From a virus (Duplodnaviria; Caudoviricetes), in the IMG/VR virus record IMGVR_UViG_3300046055_000025, positions 1 through 29,457 of that record: a DNA stretch of 29,457 bases; one strand, 5' to 3'. Positions 7,303 to 15,529 of the stretch are shown one piece after another; position 1 is the first letter of the stretch; each line of letters starts with the position of its first letter. The position numbers were made by a program, and so were the translations under genes. Below the pieces are notes generated by a model. The model did not search any database and was not told the DNA's origin. It saw nothing but the letters and a program-made list of their open reading frames with translations.

Positions 7303-8767
7303 GCTGCTCCGCACCGCCACCCCGAGGATCGTCGAGCCTTACATCCCTCACATGCCGCACCCGCCGCAGGCGCTATTCCTCTGTTTGAATGGCGTCGAGG
7401 AGGTGTTCTACGGCGGGGCTGCTGGCGGCGGCAAGAGCGACGCGCTACTTATGGCTGCCCTCCAGTACGTGGACGTGCCCGGCTATAGCGCGCTGATCCT
7501 CCGGCGGACCTTCGCTGACCTTACGCTTCCGGGGGCGATAATGGATCGCGCGTGGGAGTGGCTGTCGCCGACGGACGCCAAGTCGATTGCGGGCGGTCGC
7601 ACGTGGAAGTTCCCGTCGGGCGCGCGGCTCACGTTCGGGCACGCGCAGCATCACAAGGATGTGGAGCAGTACCGGTCGGCGGAGTTCCAGTTCGTCGCGT
7701 TCGACGAGTTGACGCAGTTCGAGGAGCGCACCTACGAGTTTCTGTTCTCCAGGTTGCGCCGCCCGAAGGTCGTCTGCACCCGTTGTAGCGAGCCGCTCTA
7801 TCACGCTGGCCAGTCGATGTGGCTGCACGACCGCGACAAGTCGTTGGGGGGCGAGTGCGATTCGCCGAACCCGTCGAAGGACGTTGGCGAATCCGCCATG
7901 GACGGCAGCGTGATTACCGAGGTGCCGTTACGGATGCGGTCCGCGTCAAACCCGGGCGGGTTCGGTCACGGGTGGGTGCGCGACCGGCTCGTCAAGCCTG
8001 ATACGAAACGTGCGGGCGCCGTCTTCGTCCCGGCGATTTTGGAGGACAATCCGAGCCTCGACCAAGAGTCGTACCGGCGGAGTTTGGAGCATCTCGGGCC
8101 GACGGAGCGGGCGCGGCTCTTGCGTGGCGACTGGGACGTTGTCGAGGAAGGGTCGATGTTCCGACGGTGGTGGTTCCACGTCGTCAAGCCCGAGGCGGTG
8201 CCTGCTGGCCTCGCGTGGGTTCGCTATTGGGACTTGGCCGCTTCCGGTAAGGATCGTAATGAGGGCGATTGGACGGCGGGCGCGCTCGTGGCGCAGCGCG
8301 ACGGTGTATGGTACGTGTACGACGTGGCGAAGATCCGCGGCAGCCCACGGACTGTGGAGCAGTTCGTCGCTGCGAAGGCAGCCGATGACGAGGAGCGCAT
8401 GCAGGGGAGGGTGCAGATCTACATGGAGCAGGAGGGCGGCGCGAGCGGGGTGAACACCATCGATCATTATCGTCGCCGTGTGCTTGCCGGCTATCCGTTC
8501 TACGCCGACTCGCCGAACCGGTCGAAGGTCGACCGGGCCGCCCCCGTGTCGTCGGCTGCCGAGGCTGGCAACGTCACGCTCGTCGAGGGGGCGTGGAATC
8601 GCGATTTTCTCGACGAGGCGGAGTTGTTTCCGCAGGGCGAGCATGACGATCAGATCGACGCGCTGTCTGGTGCTGTCAAGATCTTGTCGAAGCGCGGGCC
8701 GGCGAGAGCCAGGGTCCCCAGCGATCACGCGTCGCGGATCCCGTCGCCAGTGGGGGGTGGGGGGTGA
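7280..8767 (+). CDS. terL: Terminase large subunit (start 7271 or 7280)
   Basis: Walker A YGGAAGGGKS, Walker B FVAFDELTQF, SASNPGG, nuclease RYWDLAAS and HDDQIDALS. Confidence 0.95.
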   Translation: MGEEQRAELLRTATPRIVEPYIPHMPHPPQALFLCLNGVEEVFYGGAAGGGKSDALLMAALQYVDVPGYSALILRRTFADLTLPGAIMDRAWEWLSPTDAKSIAGGRTWKFPSGARLTFGHAQHHKDVEQYRSAEFQFVAFDELTQFEERTYEFLFSRLRRPKVVCTRCSEPLYHAGQSMWLHDRDKSLGGECDSPNPSKDVGESAMDGSVITEVPLRMRSASNPGGFGHGWVRDRLVKPDTKRAGAVFVPAILEDNPSLDQESYRRSLEHLGPTERARLLRGDWDVVEEGSMFRRWWFHVVKPEAVPAGLAWVRYWDLAASGKDRNEGDWTAGALVAQRDGVWYVYDVAKIRGSPRTVEQFVAAKAADDEERMQGRVQIYMEQEGGASGVNTIDHYRRRVLAGYPFYADSPNRSKVDRAAPVSSAAEAGNVTLVEGAWNRDFLDEAELFPQGEHDDQIDALSGAVKILSKRGPARARVPSDHASRIPSPVGGGG

Positions 8768-9048
8768 GCACCGTCGATCATGCGCCGGCCCGCGTCAGCG
8801 TGGATGGGGAGGAGCGTGCTGGGCGCGCCCGCGTCGTGTGGCGCGACGGCACGCTGTACGTGTTCACCGACCGTAGCCAGTCGGTGTTCACGGGGGCGAG
8901 GAGGCCGCAACGATCGCGTGGCACGTGGCGCACTTCGACTTCTGACGGGAACGTGTCGTGGTCGACGGGCGGCTGCCGGTGTGGCTGCAAGGTGTGCCGC
9001 AAGCCACGCGAGCAGCTCATCGCTAGCGCGCAAGGGGCAACCGATTGA
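8764..9048 (+). CDS. Small hypothetical protein with C-terminal CxCGCxxC motif
   Basis: GTGA-coupled to terL; GCRCGCKVC. Confidence 0.65.
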   Translation: MSTVDHAPARVSVDGEERAGRARVVWRDGTLYVFTDRSQSVFTGARRPQRSRGTWRTSTSDGNVSWSTGGCRCGCKVCRKPREQLIASAQGATD

Positions 9049-9386
9049 CTGATGCGGGGTGGCAGGCGGTCCAGTTCGTCTTGTTGAGCTTGGCCGCCTA
9101 CCGGCTGTGGCGGCTCGCCGGTACAGACACGGTCAGCGACCGGCTGCGGGGCTGGCTAGCCGGCAGGTTTGGCGAGGTTGCGCGCGAGTTCGCTGAGTGC
9201 CCCTGGTGCTCCGGCACGTGGATCGCCCTCACCATTACTATCGTCACGGCCGTCGTTGGTGATGTGGCCGCCCCCGTTTTGCAGTCTCTCGCAGCCTCAG
9301 CCGTCGTCGGCACGCTCGGAGAGCGATCTACTGCGACCACGGCCCTCGCTGAAGTCGTCGACGATAACTATGACGGCGAGGCGTAA
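9045..9386 (+). CDS. Membrane protein, DUF1360-like
   Basis: LAAYRLWRL...D, CPWCSGTW, hydrophobic helices; this type often sits before actinophage portals. Confidence 0.8.
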   Translation: MTDAGWQAVQFVLLSLAAYRLWRLAGTDTVSDRLRGWLAGRFGEVAREFAECPWCSGTWIALTITIVTAVVGDVAAPVLQSLAASAVVGTLGERSTATTALAEVVDDNYDGEA

Positions 9387-9389
9387 CTG

Positions 9390-11201
9390 GTGAAGTTCTG
9401 GCAAAAGCAAGGCGCCCTCACAGCCAGCGTCACCGTCCATGACGGGCCGCGCACCTCGCTTGGCGCTGCCGCCCGCACCAAGTCGTGGCAGCGAACAGCG
9501 TGGGACTTCTGGGGGAGACTCGGCGAACTCCACTATCCCACCAGCCAGATCGCCCGCCTCATGACGCGCGTCCAATGGGACGTGACCGTCGATGGGCAGA
9601 AGCTCGAACGCGACCCTGACCGCAGCGACGACCAGACCGACGTGTTCCTGTCGCGCGTCACCGAACCCCTCGACCTGTCAGAAGTCGTCCGCGAAATCGC
9701 CCTCAACTTCCAGGTGGCTGGCGAAGTGTGGTACTGCCACCGCGGCGGCGACGCCCGATCCGACGGCGGCTGGCGCGTCCTATCCGTCGTAGACCCCGAG
9801 CTGCAGAAGGTCCGCGACAACTCGAACGCGTTGAAGCTCCGCGGCATCATCGCCGACCCGCGCGACCGCCGTCACGCCGACAGTCCCTTCCAGGCGATCC
9901 TCGGCCCCGCCGAAGAGCTACTCACGCTAGAAGCCCTCAGCCGCAGCCAAAGCCGATCGCGGATGAGCCAGGCCGGCATTCTGCTGCGCCCCAGCGAAGC
10001 CGAGTTCCCCACGCACAATCCTGACGGCAGCCCAGCGTCGACGTTCGGCGAAGATCTTCAGCGGGCCATGACGGCGCCGATCCGCGACGAGTACGACCCG
10101 TCGGCGCTCGTCCCCCTCGACTTGGAGGTGCCTGGCGACCAAGTTCAGAACTTCCGCCACCTCACGTTCGAACGGTCGTATGACGAGAACTTGCAGGAGC
10201 GTATCGAAAGGGCCATCGGGCGGATAGCCGTCGGATTGGACATCCCTGCCGAGTTGCTGCTCGGCATTGCGGACGTGAACCACTGGAACGCCTGGCTCGT
10301 CCAGGAAGACACCTACCGGGGCCACACGGAGCCGTTGGCGTACCGGGTGGGGGACGTGCTGGCGGGCGCCGCTGAAGCGTTGGAACTCGGCAATCAAGTC
10401 ACCATCACGCCCGACCCGACGGACCTGCTAGCCCGCCGCAGCTCGGTGCGGGACGCGATGGACGCGGCGAAGATCGGCGCCGTAGGGTTGAAATACCTAC
10501 GCGATGTGATCGGCGCCAGCGAGGAGGACGCGCCCTCCGATGAGGAGCTGCGAATCATCCGTAGCGCTTCGGGCGCCAGCCGCGAGCCGAATGTGGAGGA
10601 GCGTCCCGGCCCGCCGGGCGAAGTTGGCATCCCATCGTCAGCCTCCACGTCGGCAGTTACGGCGCAGGGTCCGGCGTCCGAGGAGGAGCTTGCTGGCGAC
10701 CGCGAGATGGAAGGGATGGGCCGCGCCCTGTCACGACTCGACGCCGACTTGCGGTCTCAGCTCATCGGGGCGGTCGAGCGCGCCATGGACGACGCGATGC
10801 GACGGCTCGGAGCGAAGTTGAGAACGGCGCTCCGTAACGGCGACGGGCAGGGCGAAATCGAGGGTGTCGACAACGTGAGGGTGCCGTTGACGCTCGGCGA
10901 GCGGGCCTTCACGATCGTTGACGTGGAGGGGGTATTGCGGGAGAACCTGTCGAGCCTCGGCGAGTGGTGGTCGAGCAAGCTCGACGAAGCGCGGGGGCAG
11001 CTCGAAGAAATCACCGGCATACCTTTAGAGGACGCCGCCGCGTGGATTGACGCTCGCGACCGGAGCGTCAGCATGCTCGTCGACGAGCTAGTCCGTTGGG
11101 GGGTGGAGGACGTTCGGGCCGGCAAGCAAGCGCCGTCCGACCGTCTCACATTGACGGAGCTGGCCCGCAAGGTCGTGGCGACCGCTGGCGGGTCCGCGTA
11201 G
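9390..11201 (+). CDS. Portal protein with C-terminal extension
   Basis: Position after terL; GELHY, VAGEVW, RSRMSQAGIL, RIAVGLDIPAELLLG..DVNHWNAW resemble actinophage portals. Confidence 0.85.
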   Translation: MKFWQKQGALTASVTVHDGPRTSLGAAARTKSWQRTAWDFWGRLGELHYPTSQIARLMTRVQWDVTVDGQKLERDPDRSDDQTDVFLSRVTEPLDLSEVVREIALNFQVAGEVWYCHRGGDARSDGGWRVLSVVDPELQKVRDNSNALKLRGIIADPRDRRHADSPFQAILGPAEELLTLEALSRSQSRSRMSQAGILLRPSEAEFPTHNPDGSPASTFGEDLQRAMTAPIRDEYDPSALVPLDLEVPGDQVQNFRHLTFERSYDENLQERIERAIGRIAVGLDIPAELLLGIADVNHWNAWLVQEDTYRGHTEPLAYRVGDVLAGAAEALELGNQVTITPDPTDLLARRSSVRDAMDAAKIGAVGLKYLRDVIGASEEDAPSDEELRIIRSASGASREPNVEERPGPPGEVGIPSSASTSAVTAQGPASEEELAGDREMEGMGRALSRLDADLRSQLIGAVERAMDDAMRRLGAKLRTALRNGDGQGEIEGVDNVRVPLTLGERAFTIVDVEGVLRENLSSLGEWWSSKLDEARGQLEEITGIPLEDAAAWIDARDRSVSMLVDELVRWGVEDVRAGKQAPSDRLTLTELARKVVATAGGSA

Positions 11202-11218
11202 CCTGAGAGGACTGTGGG

Positions 11219-11530
11219 TTGCCGTTCACGCCGCCGAAGCCACCAAGCGACCTCGACCCGCAGGGATTCGCGGTGGGGCTGCTCGCCAACGAGGAGTTGA
11301 AGAAGCGCGGCATACGGTTGAAGCAGTTCCGGTGGGAGTACGGCGCGCTCGCAGACCGCGAGGCGCCATTCGACGACCATCACGATCTTGACGGGCGCTT
11401 CATGGGCCTCGACGGCGTGTTGCAGGGCTATTTTCCCGGCGACCATAAGGGCTGCTTGTGTTCAGTCGAGCCGGTGTACGTGAGGGAGCGCAAGCCGGGC
11501 GTGACTGGTCCAGTGTCAGAGCAGCAGTAA
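11219..11530 (+). CDS. Small protein resembling the C-terminal metal-binding part of MuF/gp7-like minor head proteins
   Basis: SD GAGAGG and TTG start; FRW...HHDLDG...PGDHKGCLC matches the H..LDG...P.H..CxC pattern. Confidence 0.65.
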   Translation: MPFTPPKPPSDLDPQGFAVGLLANEELKKRGIRLKQFRWEYGALADREAPFDDHHDLDGRFMGLDGVLQGYFPGDHKGCLCSVEPVYVRERKPGVTGPVSEQQ

Positions 11531-11552
11531 ACTTGCCCTAAAGGAGCCTGTT

Positions 11553-12257
11553 GTGGTTGACGACGAGGGCGGTTCGATGGCGCGAAACCGCGGGCGCCAG
11601 TCGCACGCGGATCGACGTCCGCCGTCGGCACGCATCCCGTGGGGTCGCGTCCGCAGATTCGTCGATCGTGACCGTGCGGCGGCGTTGCGGCGGATGGTGA
11701 CGCAACAGTCGCGGGAGCAGCGCCGCGACCTAGCAGTGCACCTGCACCGGTGTGATGACGGCGAGGTGGCGGCAATCGTCGAAGAAGCGCTCGTCCCTGT
11801 CGCGCCGCCCGTGGCTTCGGAGGACGAGCCGCCGATGGACCATGAAGGTGAAGCGGAAGAGCGTGCCGAGGCTGAGCGCATCAAGGAGGAGCAAGCCAAG
11901 GCTCAGCGCCTCCATAAGGAAGCGGAACGTGTAGACGCGGAGCGGGCTGGCTTCGTGGGTGGTCAGGACATCGGCAAGACGGAGACTGGCCTCGGCGGAG
12001 GCGACACGTTCGTCGACAACCCCCATCAGGGCGAACGCAACGACGGGCCAGAGCTGGCCATCGAGGATACGGCCAACCCTGAATACGAAGGGATGGTGCC
12101 GCCTGACGGCACCATGAACGACGTCCTCGCGTGGGTCGACGCCGCCAACACCAGCGAGGACTGTCGGCGTCGCGCGCAGGCCGCCCTCGACGCGGAAGAC
12201 CGGCGCGAAAAGCCCCGCGAGTCGATCAAGCCGATGCTGAACCGCCGGCTGAAGTGA
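11553..12257 (+). CDS. Hypothetical head-region protein
   Basis: SD AAGGAG; acidic coiled middle; C-terminal helical VLAWV...RAQAALDAE...R domain. Confidence 0.7.
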   Translation: MVDDEGGSMARNRGRQSHADRRPPSARIPWGRVRRFVDRDRAAALRRMVTQQSREQRRDLAVHLHRCDDGEVAAIVEEALVPVAPPVASEDEPPMDHEGEAEERAEAERIKEEQAKAQRLHKEAERVDAERAGFVGGQDIGKTETGLGGGDTFVDNPHQGERNDGPELAIEDTANPEYEGMVPPDGTMNDVLAWVDAANTSEDCRRRAQAALDAEDRREKPRESIKPMLNRRLK

Positions 12258-12898
12258 TCCCCCGCATCATCCACCAGGTGTGGGTCGGCGATGAGATGCC
12301 GAAGGGCGTCGACGACCTGATCGCCACCTGGCTGCTGTTCCACCCCGACTGGGAGCATCGCCTGTGGGGGGACGGCGACCTTGGCTGGCTCTACAACCGC
12401 CAGCTATTCGACGACCTGCCTGACCTTGTTGCTGGCCATTCGGTTGGCCAGGCGCGGGCGGACGTTGCTCGCTACGAGATCCTCGCCGAGCATGGCGGCA
12501 TCTATGTTGACGTGGACTTCGAGGCGCGCGCCCCCATCGATAGCCTCATAGAAGGGCGTCGCGGGTTTGCCACCAGGTCGGCGCGGCAAGCCAACCGTGT
12601 GGCGAACGGGATCGTTGGCTGCGAGCCGGGCCATCCCACGCTCGTGCGCGCCAGGCAGTTCGTTGACGAGCATGCGCGCCGCCGTGGCGACGGGCGTCTG
12701 TGGGCGGCGAACGTCACCGGACCAAGGTTCTTCACCGACATGATCCGCGGCAACGACCCGATCGACCTGCTGCCCGCCCGACTGTTCTACCCATACTCGT
12801 GGCGCAACCTCAACGCTTACGTTGACATGTCTGGCTGTTACGCGGTGCATCATTGGCTGCACCGTCGTCAAGTCGAGGGGAAGTGGCCGCCGTGGTAG
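12254..12898 (+). CDS. Glycosyltransferase, GT32/OCH1-like DXD family
   Basis: IPRIIHQVW, ADVARYEILAEHGGIYVDVD, TGPRFFT, FYPYSW, YAVHHW. Confidence 0.92.
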   Translation: MIPRIIHQVWVGDEMPKGVDDLIATWLLFHPDWEHRLWGDGDLGWLYNRQLFDDLPDLVAGHSVGQARADVARYEILAEHGGIYVDVDFEARAPIDSLIEGRRGFATRSARQANRVANGIVGCEPGHPTLVRARQFVDEHARRRGDGRLWAANVTGPRFFTDMIRGNDPIDLLPARLFYPYSWRNLNAYVDMSGCYAVHHWLHRRQVEGKWPPW

Positions 12899-13530
12899 CG
12901 CTCCTCATCACTGGGGCGCAACGGTCCGGCACCCGCTATCTCGCCACAGTTCTACGGCGGGCCGGGGTGGACGCGACGCACGAGGGGAACTCGTCGGACG
13001 AGCGCGGCTGGCCGCAGCACGACCCGCGCCGGGGGCCGCGCGCTGATGTGGATGTCGACGTGTGCTGGCACGCCGCCTGTTGGCTCGGCTCCGACAAGCT
13101 GTCCAGCACGTTCGTGGTGCACCTCGTCCGCGACCCGCTCGCGTCGATTGCCAGTTCGATGACACGCCAGACGTTCTGGCGGCCGCGCCCGTCGGGCCGG
13201 TGGGCAATCAGCCAGATGCCGGAAATCGGCGAGGGCCAGTCGAACATAGAGAGGTGCGCTCTCTACTGGCGCTACTGGAACTCGATGGTGGAGCGATACG
13301 CCCACGCGCGCTTTCGCGTGGAGGACACGTGCAGCGAGTGTCTGGCTGAACTGTTCTGCTCCGCCGGTGTGGCCCACGACTGCGGGCGGCTCGCTGAAGC
13401 AATCGAGGCGACCAGCAAGTATGTGAACACTAACCCCGGCCGCGGCCGCACTATCGACTGGCAGCAAATCCCAGAGCCGCCCCGCCAGGCGGTGCGCGAG
13501 ATGGCGCAACGCTATGGGTACACGCCATGA
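12892..13530 (+). CDS. PAPS-dependent sulfotransferase family protein
   Basis: 5'-PSB loop LITGAQRSGTRYL, HE, 3'-PB motif VHLVRDPLASIAS, FRVED, C-terminal YGY. Confidence 0.85.
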   Translation: MVALLITGAQRSGTRYLATVLRRAGVDATHEGNSSDERGWPQHDPRRGPRADVDVDVCWHAACWLGSDKLSSTFVVHLVRDPLASIASSMTRQTFWRPRPSGRWAISQMPEIGEGQSNIERCALYWRYWNSMVERYAHARFRVEDTCSECLAELFCSAGVAHDCGRLAEAIEATSKYVNTNPGRGRTIDWQQIPEPPRQAVREMAQRYGYTP

Positions 13531-14228
13531 CCGTGTCTGTGGCGATCATGGCCCACCCGGAGCGGGCTGGATGGGCGCGCGACGTGCAAGCGCGGCTGGA
13601 CGCGCCCGCCACCATCGTGTGGGACCGCCACGACGACATATGGGACACTGGCCGGCGGGCGCTCCTGCACGCCGACCGGCATGCGGACCGTCACGTGGTT
13701 TTGCAGGATGACGCGCTGCCGTGCCGCGACCTAACCGCCGGGGTGGCCGCCATGAGCGACGTCGTGCCGGCCGAGTGCCCCATCGGCTTGTACTGCGGCT
13801 CGCGGGGGCGCGGGTCGAGCTACGCCATCCTCGTCCGCCGGGCGCGCCGCGAGGGGGCGAGCTTCGTGACGGCCAGGATCAGCCCCCTGTGGGGCGTCGG
13901 CGTCGCGCTACCCGCCGGCCACGTAGACGAGATCGTCGAGCACGGAGATCGCATGACCGTCGACCATGGGGCGATCTACGACGGGCGACTCCGCCGTTGG
14001 TACCGGCAACGCAACATCGACCAGTACTATCCGGTGCCGAGCTTGGTGGAACATCGCAGCGCCATAGAGGGGGAGCCGAGCCTGCTCGGACGCGGCAACA
14101 GCAAGTCGCGCACCGCGTTCTACTTCGCCGGCGCCGACGCGAGCGCAGTCGACTTCGACTGGCACGCGGGCAGCGTCGGCGAGTCGTGGGATAGCATGCG
14201 GCAAAAGCACCGCCGCGCGAGGGCGTGA
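13527..14228 (+). CDS. Glycosyltransferase-like protein (GT-A fold)
   Basis: VAIMAHPER, HVVLQDDALPC, LWGVG, YDGRL, PSLVEHR. Confidence 0.8.
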   Translation: MTVSVAIMAHPERAGWARDVQARLDAPATIVWDRHDDIWDTGRRALLHADRHADRHVVLQDDALPCRDLTAGVAAMSDVVPAECPIGLYCGSRGRGSSYAILVRRARREGASFVTARISPLWGVGVALPAGHVDEIVEHGDRMTVDHGAIYDGRLRRWYRQRNIDQYYPVPSLVEHRSAIEGEPSLLGRGNSKSRTAFYFAGADASAVDFDWHAGSVGESWDSMRQKHRRARA

Positions 14229-14644
14229 TGGTCAAGTTCACAGTGAACAGGTCGACGCGCATCGACGCGAGCAGGGCCACGTCGGGGCGCAGCGGCAACG
14301 TCGACAGGATCATGGCGGGCTTCGCCGGCAAGGCGACTCAGCAGGTCCGCCAGGTCGCACGCGAACGCATCAACACTCAGAGCGGCAAGTATCTCCGCAA
14401 GATCCGGTCGACGACGGACCAGCAGTCCGGCCGCGTGAGGGTCACTGCCGGCGCGCCCTACTCGGCGATTTTGGAGCGCGGCAGCCGGCCGCACGTCATC
14501 CGCCCGCGGAAGCCCGGCGGCGTGCTGCGCTTCCGCGTAAACGGGCGGGTTGTGTATGCGAAGAAGGTCAACCATCCCGGCACGCCGGCCTTCCACATAC
14601 TTCGCGATGGGGTGAAGCGAGCCGGCCGGCGGCTACCCGGATAG
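14225..14644 (+). CDS. HK97 gp10-like neck/tail-completion protein
   Basis: Basic protein; SGKYLRKI, YSAILERGSRPHVIRP, VNHPGT..F..LRD. Confidence 0.75.
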   Translation: MMVKFTVNRSTRIDASRATSGRSGNVDRIMAGFAGKATQQVRQVARERINTQSGKYLRKIRSTTDQQSGRVRVTAGAPYSAILERGSRPHVIRPRKPGGVLRFRVNGRVVYAKKVNHPGTPAFHILRDGVKRAGRRLPG

Positions 14645-14650
14645 GAGGCG

Positions 14651-15313
14651 ATGATGGCGCGAGAGTGGTTCGGGAGGATCGCCGAGTATGACGACCGCGA
14701 CTGGCAGTACCCCGCGTCGCAGCTAACCGCCGCGCGTGGCGAGCAGTACGACTGGCAGTACTGGTGGGACCTCGGCTGGTGGGGCGACCAGGGCCGCACG
14801 CCGCAGTGCGTCGCGTACGCCTGGCTGCACTGCCTATCCGACGGTCCAGCGACCCGCGACCTCCACAAGCTCCCCCAGCCGGAAGACCTCTACTGCGAGG
14901 CGCAACAGCGCGACGCGTGGGACGGCGACTGCACCGACCCGAAGTACGACGGGACGAGTGTCCGGGCGGGCGCGAAGGTGCTGCGCGACCTCGGCTTGCT
15001 GGCCGAATACCGTTGGTGCTCCACAGTCAGCGAGGCCGTCGACGTGCTATTGAACGTCGGGCCGATCGTCGTCGGGTCGCGGTGGCCGGATGGCTTCATG
15101 GAGACCCGCAACGGCTACGTCGGATTCACAAGGTCGGGGGACGCTGGCCACGCCTACGTGCTGAATGGCGTGAACAAGTCTGGCGGCAAGGTGCGGTTGA
15201 AGAACTCGTGGGGCCGCGAGTGGGGCGACGAGGGTCGTGCCTGGATGACGATGCGCGCGTTGAGCGGTCTCATGAATGGCGGCGCCGAGTTGTGCGTTCC
15301 CGTCATCGCATAA
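14651..15313 (+). CDS. Papain-like (C1 family) cysteine peptidase
   Basis: DQGRTPQCVAYA (Gln, catalytic Cys), GHAYVLNG (His), KNSWGREWGDEG (Asn). Confidence 0.9.
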   Translation: MMAREWFGRIAEYDDRDWQYPASQLTAARGEQYDWQYWWDLGWWGDQGRTPQCVAYAWLHCLSDGPATRDLHKLPQPEDLYCEAQQRDAWDGDCTDPKYDGTSVRAGAKVLRDLGLLAEYRWCSTVSEAVDVLLNVGPIVVGSRWPDGFMETRNGYVGFTRSGDAGHAYVLNGVNKSGGKVRLKNSWGREWGDEGRAWMTMRALSGLMNGGAELCVPVIA

Positions 15314-15353
15314 CTGTGGAGCCGGCGGGATCTGGACCCACGTCTGCGCCCCG

Positions 15354-15529
15354 TTGACGTGGCAGAAATCGCATGTATTCTGCCGGGCTAGCGGGATTCG
15401 CGTAGCGTTCCCAGTCGGCAGCGTAGCAGCCGATCGGACAAGCCCACCCCGCCACGCGTGCGGGACGTATGCCGGTCAGCCCAGCCATGCTGAGTTACCG
15501 CCGATGAGGGACGCCCAGGGGGCGTAGAG
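15354..15529 (+). promoter_or_regulatory. Putative promoter/operator plus structured 5' leader of the head operon
   Basis: TTGACG (15354)-16 nt-TATTCT (15376), overlapped by inverted repeat GGCAGAA..TTCTGCC (15361-15384); downstream hairpins containing GCGTAGC. Confidence 0.55.

Noticed and set aside
7766-7921. Intein in terL
   Set aside because: Too short and lacks the C-terminal His-Asn followed by Cys/Ser/Thr.
8752-8764. G-runs at the end of terL as a G-quadruplex or phase-variable tract
   Set aside because: Only two G6 runs, encoding terminal glycines and doubling as the next gene's ribosome-binding region.
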